Shown here in pieces: positions 11,024 through 21,930 of a stretch of DNA of 64,000 nt. The DNA lies in contig JBBDKV010000013.1 of the NCBI GenBank assembly GCA_040879165.1, positions 71,967 through 135,966 on the forward strand. Reading direction: 5' to 3'. This stretch comes from Patescibacteria group bacterium (GTDB lineage Bacteria > Patescibacteriota > Microgenomatia > UBA1400 > PJMF01). The notes under the pieces are model-generated. The model was not told where the DNA came from. It saw only the letters and a list, made by a program, of their open reading frames with translations, and made no database searches. Position 1 is the stretch's first letter; each line of letters opens with the position of its first letter. The position numbers were made by a program, and so were the translations under genes.

Positions 11024-12104
11024 CAGTTTTGACAAGCTTTTGAATGTTTTTCTTAAAAGCATTGACTGAAAATTTTTGAGCATGCTGATGAATTTTTTCA
11101 GGTACAAACTGTATATCTTCCGCTCGTTTAATCGCCTGCTGCAAGCCCGCTGCACTGAGCTGATCAAATAATACTCCGGTCTTTCCATCAATCACCGTTT
11201 CCTTGGGACCACCAGAATTGTGAGCAATCACTGGCACACCATAGCCCATGGCTTCAACGGGCACGATGCCAAAATCTTCATCCTCAACTGGATACAGCAG
11301 TGCTTGAGCGCCTGCGTACAGCTCAGAGAGTGTCTTGTCATCGACAGCGCCCAATAACTCAATGGTTGGGCCAGCTTGTTGCTTAAGCTGATGCAACATT
11401 TTGCCTTCACCAACTACTTTGAGGGGGAGCTTGAGTGAATTGCAGGCTTGAACAGCTAATTCAGGATGCTTTGCGAGCGCTAAACGATTGACATAGAGAT
11501 AATAAGCCTGGTTGTTTCGCTGGGGAGATTTTTCTGGGATTCGAACTGGTGGATACACGATCACGCTATCTCGACGGTAAAATTTTTCGATACGAAAGGC
11601 TGTTTCTTGAGAATTAGCAATGAATTGATCAACTTCTTGTGCTACTTCAAAATCAACCATTCGTAAAAAATGATTAATCAACTGACCAGGAACGCGAGTC
11701 AATGGGTTAGACTGCCAATTTGACATGGTAGTGTACCCATACAGTGAGCGAGCAGGCGTGTGACAATAACAAAGATGGACGCCATTGGGTACACGCACTG
11801 CTTTGGCAAAGTAGGCATTGGAAGAAGAAATGACTACATCGTACGCTGATAAATCAAGATCTTTAAAATACTTGGGGGCCCATATGCGCAGCGGCGAATA
11901 CAACTTGGTATGCCAGGGAATTTTACTCAACCATGTTTCTCGCAAATCCCAATCTGCAAATTTTGACCAATGAATACCTAAGCCTTTTTGGTTAACAAAA
12001 GCGGTGTACACAGGAGCGTCGGGATACAGCTCATGCAACGCCTCCAGCACTCGCTCTGCACCGCCGTACTCAGCCAAGTAATCATGCACTAACGCAATTT
12101 TCAT
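11007..12104 (-). CDS. GT4 glycosyltransferase
   Basis: MKIALVHDYL..GGAERV, EDFGIVPVEAM. Confidence 0.93.
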   Translation of the reverse strand: MKIALVHDYLAEYGGAERVLEALHELYPDAPVYTAFVNQKGLGIHWSKFADWDLRETWLSKIPWHTKLYSPLRIWAPKYFKDLDLSAYDVVISSSNAYFAKAVRVPNGVHLCYCHTPARSLYGYTTMSNWQSNPLTRVPGQLINHFLRMVDFEVAQEVDQFIANSQETAFRIEKFYRRDSVIVYPPVRIPEKSPQRNNQAYYLYVNRLALAKHPELAVQACNSLKLPLKVVGEGKMLHQLKQQAGPTIELLGAVDDKTLSELYAGAQALLYPVEDEDFGIVPVEAMGYGVPVIAHNSGGPKETVIDGKTGVLFDQLSAAGLQQAIKRAEDIQFVPEKIHQHAQKFSVNAFKKNIQKLVKTAKKHS

Positions 12105-12112
12105 ACACAATC

Positions 12113-13075
12113 CTAAAACAAGGCTTTTTGTATTCCCAGCTCGAACTCATCTTTTGGCAGTAGTGGGATGAGTGAGCGAAATTCAAAGGATTCAAATAAT
12201 TTCGAGGCGGCTTCTTTGTCATAACTATCCACTCGACATGGCTCAAGAGTAAACTCAATCGGCACCTGCCGATCAATCGTCGCCAGCTCCTGGCTGAGGC
12301 GCGCTGCTTCTTCACCTTGCTGCAATTTGGTGAGCAGCGCGCCTTTGAGCACTGGATCTGCTGCTCCAGATGCGGTCACGGTACGGACTGCTTTGAACAC
12401 GTTTTCAAGATTGGAATAGGTATCAATTAACTGCAAGGCTGTTTTTTTGCCCACACCCTTCACACCTGGAATATTATCTGAGGCGTCACCCATAAATGCT
12501 TTGAGATCAACCACCTGTTCTGGCGTGATGCCTTGTTTTTCCAAGACTATTGCTGGGTCATACTCGACAGACTCACTGGCTACACCTTTGCGACCATTGC
12601 GTGATCTACCCGGAATCCAAACATGAGTCTGGTCGGTCACCAGCTGTAATAAATCTTTATCTCCGGTGACAATAATGGTCCGAACGTTCTGATCCTGCTC
12701 AACCGCGGTTGCAATCGTTCCAATCAAGTCATCCGCCTCATAGCCCTCGACTTCAAATTGTGGAATGTTGAGCGTGCTGACTACTTGTTTGACATACTCG
12801 ATTTGCGGCTTAAGATCATCAGGCATTTCGGGGCGCTGAGCTTTATATGCTTCATATTTTTTAACACGCAAAGTGGGTAGTTTGTGATCAAAAGCCACAG
12901 CGATGTATTCAGGTTCCAACTCATTGATGGCAGTCAATAAAATTCTCGAGAATCCATACATCGCATTAACAAGTTCTCCCGTAGCTGTAGTTAAAGGAGG
13001 AAAGGCGTGATAGGCACGATAGATGATACCGTGCCCGTCAAAAATTACGAACCGCTTCTGTTTTGAATTTTCCAT
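12113..13075 (-). CDS. Stand-alone 5'-3' exonuclease/flap endonuclease (PolA N-terminal domain)
   Basis: DGHGIIYRAYHA, YEADDLIGT, GDKDLLQL, GDASDNIPGVKGVG; no polymerase domain. Confidence 0.93.
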   Translation of the reverse strand: MENSKQKRFVIFDGHGIIYRAYHAFPPLTTATGELVNAMYGFSRILLTAINELEPEYIAVAFDHKLPTLRVKKYEAYKAQRPEMPDDLKPQIEYVKQVVSTLNIPQFEVEGYEADDLIGTIATAVEQDQNVRTIIVTGDKDLLQLVTDQTHVWIPGRSRNGRKGVASESVEYDPAIVLEKQGITPEQVVDLKAFMGDASDNIPGVKGVGKKTALQLIDTYSNLENVFKAVRTVTASGAADPVLKGALLTKLQQGEEAARLSQELATIDRQVPIEFTLEPCRVDSYDKEAASKLFESFEFRSLIPLLPKDEFELGIQKALF

Positions 13076-13138
13076 CCACCTATTCTAACACCTTATTTGT
13101 AACCAAAAATTGGTTACAGCACTGACTGCATTGAAACA

Positions 13139-15085
13139 TTATTCGGAAATTTTATTTTTAGGCACACCCATGAGCGCTAAGAACTCATCGCCATCGAGAG
13201 ATTCAAGTTCAAGTAATTTTTTAGAAACTGCATCCAGCTGCTTACGATGTTTTTTCAAAAGTTCCATCGCTCGCTTTTCACCTTGACTAATAATTTTGCG
13301 AATTTCAACATCTACTTCCTGCTGCAGAACATCTGAGATCTTCATCGGCTCACCCATAGCGCGAGTGTAGTTGCTGGTTTCATATTGAGGAGAAAAATTC
13401 ATTGCCCCAAGCTCACTCATACCATAATCCACCACCATCGCTCGAGCAATGCGAGTCGCCCGATCAATATCGCTACTGGCACCAGCAGTTAATTCGTTAA
13501 AAATTAATCGTTCTGCAGCTCGTCCACCAAGGAGTACCGCAATCTCATCGATCAGTTCCGATTTAGTAGTCTGCAATTTATCTCGTTCTGGCGGTGTCAA
13601 CGTATAGCCCAATGCACGTCCACGAGAGATAATCGAGATGCGATGAACCGGATCAGAATGTGGTGAAACATGGGCAACTATAGCGTGTCCAGTTTCATGA
13701 TAGGCAGTCATTTTGCGCTCTAGCACATCTTGCAAACGACGCTTACTTGGTCCTAGCTTCACTTTTAGTGAGGCTTCTTCAATATCAGGCATCCCAATCA
13801 ACGCTCGACTCTCTCGAGCCACAGCAATCGCTGCCTCGTTTAGCATGTTTTCAATATCTGCACCTGAGAAGCCGACTGTTCGCTTCGCCACTTTCAACCA
13901 ATCTAAAGCCTTGGCAAAGGGTTTATTCTTCGAGTGAATAGAAAGAATGTATTTTCGCTCTTCTAAATCTGGCAAATTAACAGTCACTCGGCGATCAAAA
14001 CGACCAGGACGCACCAATGCTGGATCAAGCATGTCACCACGATTAGTGGCAGCCATTACGATCACATTATCATTCTGAGCAAAACCATCCATCTCAACCA
14101 AGATTTGATTTAGGGTCTGCTCACGCTCATCATGGCCACCCATACTGCCATGTCCACGAACCCGTCCAATGGCATCAATTTCATCAATAAAGATGATCGA
14201 TGGCGCAATTTTTTTAGCCGTGGTAAACAGATCTCGAGCGCGTGACGCACCTACGCCTACCAACATTTCCATAAATTCACTGCCCGCGATGGAGAGAAAT
14301 TGCACATTGGCTTCGCCAGCTACCGCTCGAGCCAACAGCGTTTTTCCGGTACCACTTGGACCAACTAACAGCACTCCCTTGGGTGTACGAGCACCCATTT
14401 TGTGATATTTTTTAGGACTTTTCAGAAAATCAACAATTTCCTCTAATTCTTTCTTTGCCTCATCCATACCGCCTACATCTTTGAACGACATGTTCTGTTT
14501 GCCTTTGATAAAAAGTTTTGCCTTGCTGCGACCAATTCCCATGATGCCATCCTGCGCGCCACGAGCTTGACGAAGGAAAAAGAGCGCAAAGCCAACCATC
14601 ACTGCAATCAACAACAGCGTTGGCAAAAATGCCATGAAATACTCCATGAAACCCAAGTTCTGAATATCAAGATCAATGCTGGCAACATCAATATCTGCTG
14701 CCTCTAAAATCTGCAACAGCTGCTGACCATCTTCTTTACGAGTCACTGCTTGAGAACCATCCTCGTAAAAAGCACGCAGATCGGAGCCACTCACCTCCAC
14801 TTTTTCTATTTTTTCTTCACGAATGTCACTCACTAACTGATTGAGAGTAATATCTTCGGCCTGACTGCGGGTGAATGCTGAAATTAAAAATGGCAAAAAC
14901 AGTAGGAACAGCAGAAAATAAACGAAGCCCTTGTTAAAAAGTTTATTCAAATCAATTCGGAGCGTAAAAATCCGACTGGCCGATGCTTCTTTCTGCCGCC
15001 CCTTCTTTGGAGCATTTGGGCTTTCTTGCGCTGACGATTTGTTTGTTTTTGAAGAATTGTTGTTGGTTTTGGATGATTCTGCCAT
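13139..15085 (-). CDS. ftsH: ATP-dependent Zn metalloprotease FtsH
   Basis: Two TM helices, [20 protein letters not shown]. Confidence 0.98.
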   Translation of the reverse strand: MAESSKTNNNSSKTNKSSAQESPNAPKKGRQKEASASRIFTLRIDLNKLFNKGFVYFLLFLLFLPFLISAFTRSQAEDITLNQLVSDIREEKIEKVEVSGSDLRAFYEDGSQAVTRKEDGQQLLQILEAADIDVASIDLDIQNLGFMEYFMAFLPTLLLIAVMVGFALFFLRQARGAQDGIMGIGRSKAKLFIKGKQNMSFKDVGGMDEAKKELEEIVDFLKSPKKYHKMGARTPKGVLLVGPSGTGKTLLARAVAGEANVQFLSIAGSEFMEMLVGVGASRARDLFTTAKKIAPSIIFIDEIDAIGRVRGHGSMGGHDEREQTLNQILVEMDGFAQNDNVIVMAATNRGDMLDPALVRPGRFDRRVTVNLPDLEERKYILSIHSKNKPFAKALDWLKVAKRTVGFSGADIENMLNEAAIAVARESRALIGMPDIEEASLKVKLGPSKRRLQDVLERKMTAYHETGHAIVAHVSPHSDPVHRISIISRGRALGYTLTPPERDKLQTTKSELIDEIAVLLGGRAAERLIFNELTAGASSDIDRATRIARAMVVDYGMSELGAMNFSPQYETSNYTRAMGEPMKISDVLQQEVDVEIRKIISQGEKRAMELLKKHRKQLDAVSKKLLELESLDGDEFLALMGVPKNKISE

Positions 15086-15145
15086 AGTTTGAAGGTTTAT
15101 TTCTCAAGATGCCTATTCTATCATGAGCAATTCAAAAAGATATGC

Positions 15146-15472
15146 TTAACGAACGAGTGTTCCTGGTGGTAGCGGTTTGACTGGCCTCAGCAATACTGCT
15201 GTACCATCATCACCGGCTAAGATCATGCCCTGACTCTCCACTCCACGAAAGGTTCTTGGTTCTAAGTTTGCTAAATACGCCACTTGCCGGTCAAGCAAGT
15301 CTTCAGGAGCATACCACTCTCGAATTCCTGACACAACCGTTCGCTCGCCCAACTCACCAACATCAAGAGTTAATTGCAGTAGCTTATCGGCATTTTCCAC
15401 TACTGTTACTGCAGTAACAGTGGCAATTCTAATATCTAACTTTGCAAAATCATCAAATTGAATAGTACTCAT
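15146..15472 (-). CDS. tRNA-binding OB-fold protein (MetRS C-terminal/Trbp111/CsaA-like)
   Basis: FDDFAKLDIR, ADKLLQL, NLEPR..GVESQGMILA. Confidence 0.9.
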   Translation of the reverse strand: MSTIQFDDFAKLDIRIATVTAVTVVENADKLLQLTLDVGELGERTVVSGIREWYAPEDLLDRQVAYLANLEPRTFRGVESQGMILAGDDGTAVLLRPVKPLPPGTLVR

Positions 15473-15500
15473 GCTTCCTTTCTACGTGTTGACCAATTAT

Positions 15501-16544
15501 CTAGCCCAAACCCATCACTTCTCGAACCTCAGCCACTGTATTCTGTGCGATTTCCCGAGCTCGGTCTGCTCCGCCAGCTATCACTGCATTTACAAATCGA
15601 GGGTTTGCTTCTAATTCTTTTCGATGTTCTTGGATGGGTGCTAATTGTTCAAAAATTGCTGCCGCCAAATCTTTTTTGAGATCTCCATACCGAATACCCG
15701 AGCCCTTGTATAACGCCTCATATTCCTTGCGCCTATCAACACCTTGAAATAATTCAACAAAAGTCAACATGTTTGCCACACCGAGTGATTCTTCTCCAGA
15801 TTGGTCAATGTAGCGGTTTCCCGACTTACTCTTGGCGTCTTTTTTAATTGTTCCTTTACCACTGTCAGTTGGGGCAGCTGATAATCGCTTCTGAATTGTT
15901 TTTAGATCATCAGTTAAAGTAATGTAACTACCCTCGACACTCTTACTCATCTTGCCTGCGCCTGCCAGTGAAGGTACGTACTCGCCGGAAGTAACAAATC
16001 GCTGTGGTTCTGGAAAATCTGTGCCATATTCTTGATTGAATCGTCGCGCAATTTCTCGAGTCGCCTCCAGATGCGGTTCTTGATCCAGGCCAACTGGCAC
16101 GAGCCCAGCTTTGTAGATCAAAATATCCGCCGCCATTAACGCCGGATAATTAAGTAGTGCCATCGTGACGTGATCAGGATGTTGTTTGACTTTTTCTTTG
16201 AATGTTGGCAAGTGCTGCATCTTGGCAACGGTCGTCAGTGATGAAAAATAAAAGGCAAGCTCAAGATGTTCGTTCACCATCGATTGCTGAAAGAGAATGC
16301 TTTTGTCAGGATTTAAGCCAGCTGCCAGATAATCCAACATCACTTCTCGCCGATTTTGGCGCAACGTAGCTACATCATACGGCGTGGTAATGGTATGCAC
16401 GTCAGCAACCATATAGAGCGTCTCGTATTCCTGACTATCCTGAAGCTCAAGCATGCCCTTGACTGCTCCGAGATAATTTCCCAGATGCAGTCTGCCGGTC
16501 GCGCGAATTCCTGATAAGACTCGTTGTGCAATTTTTTTACTCAT
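15501..16544 (-). CDS. trpS: Tryptophanyl-tRNA synthetase
   Basis: HLGN, YPALMAADIL, VPVGLDQ, KMSKS. Confidence 0.98.
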   Translation of the reverse strand: MSKKIAQRVLSGIRATGRLHLGNYLGAVKGMLELQDSQEYETLYMVADVHTITTPYDVATLRQNRREVMLDYLAAGLNPDKSILFQQSMVNEHLELAFYFSSLTTVAKMQHLPTFKEKVKQHPDHVTMALLNYPALMAADILIYKAGLVPVGLDQEPHLEATREIARRFNQEYGTDFPEPQRFVTSGEYVPSLAGAGKMSKSVEGSYITLTDDLKTIQKRLSAAPTDSGKGTIKKDAKSKSGNRYIDQSGEESLGVANMLTFVELFQGVDRRKEYEALYKGSGIRYGDLKKDLAAAIFEQLAPIQEHRKELEANPRFVNAVIAGGADRAREIAQNTVAEVREVMGLG

Positions 16545-16668
16545 ATTTCCTCTTGAGATCTGCTTGATTTAGATGGGTCATTATACTACGAGATAGAGGT
16601 TAATCATAACCGATGACACGTATCAAATTTGTGCTGATACATATCTAGTACCTGAAGAATGTAAAACC

Positions 16669-17538
16669 CTACAACTCTTCAATTTGAATTGTGGGCTGCA
16701 TGTCTGGGCTGTCGATCATTTTTAAGTATTTTTCTGTGGTGGTAATGCGCTTATGCCCCACTAACTGAGAAACATAAACCAGCGGTGTGCCAGCGCGCAG
16801 CTGTTCAACAATAAAAGTATGTCGTAAATCATTGACTTTGGCATCTTTAATGCCTGCCAATCTAAAATAGCGATCTAGGGCTGTGCGGATATTTCGCACC
16901 AAAAATGGCCGACAGGTTTTGGTCAAAAAGAGGGTTTTTTCTCGGGCACGAGGGCGAACTGCCAGATAATCCATAATTGACTGCTTGCCAGCTGCATTGA
17001 GCGGTACTCTGCGAACTCCTCGAGAATTTTGTGGCTGAACCGTGATCACGTTGCGTTCTAAATCTACGTCACCAACTTCAAGTGCCGCCAACTCACTAAT
17101 ACGCATGCCTGTTTGAAGCAACAACTCAACAACAGCGGACATACGGGCGTCGCCACGACAGGCGTCGCGCAGCGCTCGGTACTCTGTTTTGGTCAGGATA
17201 CGAGGAGGAGCTTGATCAAATTTTGGGTGAGAAACAATTTCAGCAGGATTACGATCTATCGCACCTTCTGCAATTGCAAAACGAAAAAAGGCCTTGATTG
17301 AGTTAATTTTTCGAGAGACAGATTTGCCAGTATAGCGCTGTGTTTTGAGTAATTCTTTAAACTCTTCAATATCTGTGTCAACAATTTGATCCAAAGACTC
17401 ACGATTTTTAGTGTCAGAGACAAATGACAAAAATTGCTCGATATCTTTACTATAAGCGATGACAGTCGCGTGTGCCTTACCATTGTCTTTGAGGTTTGTA
17501 ACAAATTTGCTGTGAATGCCTTGCAATGCTTGATGCAT
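16669..17538 (-). CDS. XerC/D-family tyrosine recombinase
   Basis: SAM-like N-domain, TGMRISE, NDLRHTF, GHKRITTTEKY. Confidence 0.9.
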   Translation of the reverse strand: MHQALQGIHSKFVTNLKDNGKAHATVIAYSKDIEQFLSFVSDTKNRESLDQIVDTDIEEFKELLKTQRYTGKSVSRKINSIKAFFRFAIAEGAIDRNPAEIVSHPKFDQAPPRILTKTEYRALRDACRGDARMSAVVELLLQTGMRISELAALEVGDVDLERNVITVQPQNSRGVRRVPLNAAGKQSIMDYLAVRPRAREKTLFLTKTCRPFLVRNIRTALDRYFRLAGIKDAKVNDLRHTFIVEQLRAGTPLVYVSQLVGHKRITTTEKYLKMIDSPDMQPTIQIEEL

Positions 17539-17655
17539 ATAGGAGGTCTTTCTAGTATTTATTTGCTATGCTAGTCTAGTTATTAGAAATGAAACAATCA
17601 TTCACTTGAGTTTTTTCTTGACGTCTTATAATATCATTAGATAGGATTATAAGCA

Positions 17656-18009
17656 ATGCGGACATTATTATATCATCCAATAGCTGTCATCCTCATACTG
17701 CTTGTGGCTGTACTGTTCTATATTTCACTAGACCAAAGCGCACGCAAAGCCGAAGTCTCCACCAAAAATGTCGAGCTATTACAACAGGAAATCACCCAAA
17801 TGACAAGTGACGTTTCACAACTTGAGAAAGATCTAGAGGACAACGATCTTTCATTCACCCAGGAGCAAATTCTCAGAAATGAACTGCGTCAAAAAAAAGA
17901 AGGGGAAGTAGTTTTCCAAGTGCCAGATTTTGAGATTCCCGAACTGCCCCCCGAGCCCACACCTGAGCCGAAAACCCCCTGGCAAGAATGGCGGGAAATT
18001 GTATGGTAA
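17656..18009 (+). CDS. Septum formation initiator-like protein (FtsB/DivIC)
   Basis: TM plus coiled coil plus EQILRNEL..KEGEVVF. Confidence 0.65.
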   Translation: MRTLLYHPIAVILILLVAVLFYISLDQSARKAEVSTKNVELLQQEITQMTSDVSQLEKDLEDNDLSFTQEQILRNELRQKKEGEVVFQVPDFEIPELPPEPTPEPKTPWQEWREIVW

Positions 18010-18084
18010 TTTCACAGAAATGTGTTTCAACAAACAGTGCACTCAGTAGTTACCTAACAAAGCTTTCGCCTTAAAAAGCCTCTG

Positions 18085-19773
18085 TCATTCAGCCTTCGCC
18101 TCAAAATATCCAATCGCTCCCCACAACCGCTCAACAACCCGCTCCCGCCCCATAACTTGCATCAGCTGGTGCAAGTCGGGCGTATTAAGTTGATGCGTAA
18201 GAGCTACGCGAAACGCAGCCATCACATGACCAATGTGACCTTTGAACGAATCCGGCTCAGCCTTAAAAGACTTGAGGTCTCGAGCATACCCTAACTGCTC
18301 AGCAACCAACTGATGCTTCTCAAACCAAGCTTCCTGCGAATCAGCTGGATCGTACGTATCTATCGACTTGCGCAAGGCAACTATGGCATCTTCAGGACTG
18401 ACAATCAATTTTTCATAGGCTGCAGTCCCATCACTTTTGGCGAACAACTCATCATAGAAATAACCAAACAACTCTGGCACATCTGACCAAGTGACGATGT
18501 CTTTTCTTGGCTGCGGCTGATTGCGCTCTATGTTAAAAATTCCCACTGAATACTCTGGGTATGTTTCTAAGTACGTAGCAAAGGCTGGCGAAAACTGCCG
18601 CGCCCATGCTAAAACTGCCTGATAGACATCTTCTGCTTTGAGTTTGGAAACGACATCTCGACTAATATGCTCAAGCTTTTTCAGATCAAAAAGAGCGATG
18701 GTCTTGCCAATTTTGCGCGGATCAAAGAGAAATTCCGTGTAGGGCTTGTCAGGATTATTTCTCCGCCAATCACTAAAATTGGAATTTGCTAAATTGAGTA
18801 AGTACTCAAGTACCGCCACTGGATAATATCCTTGCTCTACATACGAGCCAACTGTCGCTTCGGGATCTTGACGCTTGCTGAGTTTGCGGACAGAATCACC
18901 TTCTTTTTTACCAATGTGAGAAAAATGCATATACGTAGGTTGCGGTATTTCAAGCATTTCAAAAAGTTGCAGATGTAGCGGCAGAGACGACAACCACTCC
19001 TCACCTCGACTAATATGCGTAGTTCTCATCAAGTGATCATCGATAACGTGCGCAAAATGATAGGTTGGCAGACCATTTGATTTAATCAGAACCATGTCAA
19101 AAACATTATTCTCAAACTCAAGCTTGCCGCGGACCAAATCCTTAATACGTATTTTTCGGGATTCTTGTGGCGCTCTGATTCTGAGCACGAACTCGTTACC
19201 CTGCGCCAATTGTTGCTTGATTTCATCCAGGCTTAGGTCGCGATGCTTCGCCCACTTACCATAATATCCTTTTTTGAGCAGACCCGCTGCTTCCTGCTCC
19301 TGCACATTCTGTTCTAACTCCTCCCTCGAACAAAAACACGGATAAGCCAAGCCATGAGCCACCATCCATTTAGCAAAGACAGCATAGATCTTGATGCGTT
19401 CACTCTGCAGGTACGGACCATAATCCCCCTGCTGTTTTTCAGCTGACACAAAACCTTCGGTTGGCGCCACCTGAAAATTTTGCAACGCAGCAATGATTGC
19501 TTCAGTACCCCCCGCAACTTTGCGCGCTTGATCAGTGTCTTCAATGCGAAGAAAGAACACACCATCAGATTGCTCAGCCAACAACTTTGAAATCAAGGAT
19601 GCGTAAATCCCCCCAATATGCACGTACCCGGTAGGACTAGGCGCAAATCTCGTCACAATCGCAGATTCGGGAAGATCTCTTGGTGGATATTTTGCTTCTA
19701 GATCAGCCGGGGTTTCTGTCGTATCTGGATACAACAGTTCAGCTAAGTCACGAAGCTCAGATTGGGTCAACAT
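18085..19773 (-). CDS. gltX: Glutamyl-tRNA synthetase
   Basis: RFAPSPTGYVHIG, LRIEDTD, RGEEW, KLSKR. Confidence 0.97.
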   Translation of the reverse strand: MLTQSELRDLAELLYPDTTETPADLEAKYPPRDLPESAIVTRFAPSPTGYVHIGGIYASLISKLLAEQSDGVFFLRIEDTDQARKVAGGTEAIIAALQNFQVAPTEGFVSAEKQQGDYGPYLQSERIKIYAVFAKWMVAHGLAYPCFCSREELEQNVQEQEAAGLLKKGYYGKWAKHRDLSLDEIKQQLAQGNEFVLRIRAPQESRKIRIKDLVRGKLEFENNVFDMVLIKSNGLPTYHFAHVIDDHLMRTTHISRGEEWLSSLPLHLQLFEMLEIPQPTYMHFSHIGKKEGDSVRKLSKRQDPEATVGSYVEQGYYPVAVLEYLLNLANSNFSDWRRNNPDKPYTEFLFDPRKIGKTIALFDLKKLEHISRDVVSKLKAEDVYQAVLAWARQFSPAFATYLETYPEYSVGIFNIERNQPQPRKDIVTWSDVPELFGYFYDELFAKSDGTAAYEKLIVSPEDAIVALRKSIDTYDPADSQEAWFEKHQLVAEQLGYARDLKSFKAEPDSFKGHIGHVMAAFRVALTHQLNTPDLHQLMQVMGRERVVERLWGAIGYFEAKAE

Positions 19774-19951
19774 AGGAGTTTTTCTACACGTACTCTATTT
19801 ATCTCTGTAGTTGGAATTATACATCAAGAAACAGTCCGGATAACCCGCAAGGTTATAATCCTGAGATCACAAATACAATTATTTGGTCAACAATAAATTG
19901 AGGATTTACCGACTGTCCTTCAGGCACTGACTCTACTCGGTAGTACTATCG

Positions 19952-20338
19952 TTACATTTTCTCTGGGGTTGATTCTTGTTTGTCTAATGTACGAAGAAAA
20001 GCGGCTACATCTAGTGTTCCCGCACGAACTTGGACATAATCTCCGTAGACTTTGCTGAACTCAAGTATTGTTTTAGAGTCAAAATTACCCGAGCTAATCT
20101 GAGCGTCAAGTTCGACGAGTTTCTGTTGAATTATTGCCTTAACATCCTGAGGTGTAGTGGTTTGATCCCCATCGTCTTCACCGCTGTCATGCGTGCCAGA
20201 AAAATGCTGTTCGTTCGCAAAGTTATTTTGTCCTCTAAAGAACCGAAGCCACCCGAACGCAAAACGCCCTTCTCTCACATTTTGCACATCTTGATCTTGA
20301 AAAGCTGGGGAAGTAGTTTCGGAAGATTCTTGTTTCAT
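19952..20338 (-). CDS. Hypothetical protein
   Basis: 128-aa ORF filling the intergenic gap; no recognised motif. Confidence 0.55.
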   Translation of the reverse strand: MKQESSETTSPAFQDQDVQNVREGRFAFGWLRFFRGQNNFANEQHFSGTHDSGEDDGDQTTTPQDVKAIIQQKLVELDAQISSGNFDSKTILEFSKVYGDYVQVRAGTLDVAAFLRTLDKQESTPEKM

Positions 20339-20475
20339 ACCGATCTAGTAAATAATATCATGCCACGTGCTAACCGGTCTAGCATCAGACTGAGTCAATG
20401 AAATTATAAGTCCTACACGCATAGCATTCAACTTTCCGCCCTTGCCAGCTGTTTTTGACCAGGATATCGTAAGGT

Positions 20476-21930
20476 ATGCACGCTGAAGTGGTTGATCCTT
20501 TTACGCACATCGTTGCTCCATTTTTTCCTGAGGAAAAATGTGGTGTTTTTGGGGTCTATGGCGCTGGCATGGAAGCCGCGCGCCTAGTACATTCTGGTCT
20601 CTGGGCACTGCAACATAGAGGACAAGAAAGCTCAGGGATTGCTTCTTCAGAAGGCAAGACTATTCGACTTTACAAAGGTGAGGGATTGATCTCACGCGTC
20701 TTCAACGAGGATCATTTGGCTCTCCTTTCTGGGAACTACGCTATTGGTCACAATCGCTACGCAACTTCTGGGGGCTCAGGCAAGACTCACGCGCAACCGA
20801 TTCTAGGTAAACACAATTTGATCGCACTCGCTCACAACGGGAACTTGCCAGATACGTCAGCGCTCGAAAAATATTTGAAAAAACAAGCAATTGATATTTC
20901 GGTCCTGAACGACTCAGAGATGATGCAAGCAGCCATTGAGCATGAATTGCATCGCGGCAACACGATCAAAAAAACGCTTAAAAAACTGCTGCCACTTTTC
21001 ACAGGCGTCTATTGTTTGCTGCTGCTGACCAAAGATAGCTTGATAGCGATTCGAGATCCCTCAGGTGTTCGCCCGCTGAGTTTGGGTAAGCTGAATGGTG
21101 GATACGTTTTTTCCTCAGAAACGTGCGCTTTGGATACTATTGGTGCAACATTTGTGCGTGATATTGCTCCGGGAGAAATGGTAGTGGTCACTGCGCACGG
21201 ACTAAAATCGCACCAATTGCAACCCGGTGATGAAAAATTAGATATTTTTGAGTTCATTTATTTCGCCCGATCAGACAGCATGCTGCTGGGGAAACGAGTT
21301 GACGTTGTTCGTAAAAATTTGGGTCGCCAGCTAGCGCGTGAGACTGATCTGGCTGCAGATGTGGTCATTCCAGTACCTGATTCGGCTGTTTCGGCTGCTA
21401 TTGGTTTTGCGCAGGAAAGTAGCGTGCCATTTGATCACGGCTTGATTAAAAATCGCTACATTCATCGGACATTTATTCAACCAGCTCAAAGATTAAGAGA
21501 GAAAACGGTCAACATGAAACTCAACCCTATTCCTGAAAGCATTTCGGGCAAGCGGGTAGCAATCATTGATGACTCGATTGTCCGCGGCACAACAGCCAAA
21601 AGCCTGGTTGAAAGAGTGCGCTCGGCTGGTGCAGCAGAAGTTCATTTGCTGATAAGTTCACCACCAGTGGTTTATCCTGACTTTTACGGTATCGATACCC
21701 CGCGACAAACAGACCTGATTGCCTTTGAGATGCCCATTAAAAAAATTGTCAAATACGTGGGTGCCGACAGCCTACACTTTTTGTCCTATCAGGGAATGAT
21801 CAAGGCAATAGAATTGCCTGAAAGCACGTTTTGTACGTCGTGTTTTACGGGAAAATACCCGAGTTCAATTGGTAAAAGAAGTCGAGAAATTAAGTCGTGC
21901 GCTCACTCAGACCTAGCTCGTGAGGAGTAG
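20476..21930 (+). CDS. purF: Amidophosphoribosyltransferase
   Basis: Propeptide then CGVFG, LQHRGQES, GHNRYAT, HNGNL, PRPP site IIDDSIVRGTT. Confidence 0.95.
   Translation: MHAEVVDPFTHIVAPFFPEEKCGVFGVYGAGMEAARLVHSGLWALQHRGQESSGIASSEGKTIRLYKGEGLISRVFNEDHLALLSGNYAIGHNRYATSGGSGKTHAQPILGKHNLIALAHNGNLPDTSALEKYLKKQAIDISVLNDSEMMQAAIEHELHRGNTIKKTLKKLLPLFTGVYCLLLLTKDSLIAIRDPSGVRPLSLGKLNGGYVFSSETCALDTIGATFVRDIAPGEMVVVTAHGLKSHQLQPGDEKLDIFEFIYFARSDSMLLGKRVDVVRKNLGRQLARETDLAADVVIPVPDSAVSAAIGFAQESSVPFDHGLIKNRYIHRTFIQPAQRLREKTVNMKLNPIPESISGKRVAIIDDSIVRGTTAKSLVERVRSAGAAEVHLLISSPPVVYPDFYGIDTPRQTDLIAFEMPIKKIVKYVGADSLHFLSYQGMIKAIELPESTFCTSCFTGKYPSSIGKRSREIKSCAHSDLAREE

Noticed and set aside
16669-17538. Prophage/ICE integrase
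   Set aside because: Size and domain layout are Xer-like; flanked by housekeeping genes; no att sites or phage genes
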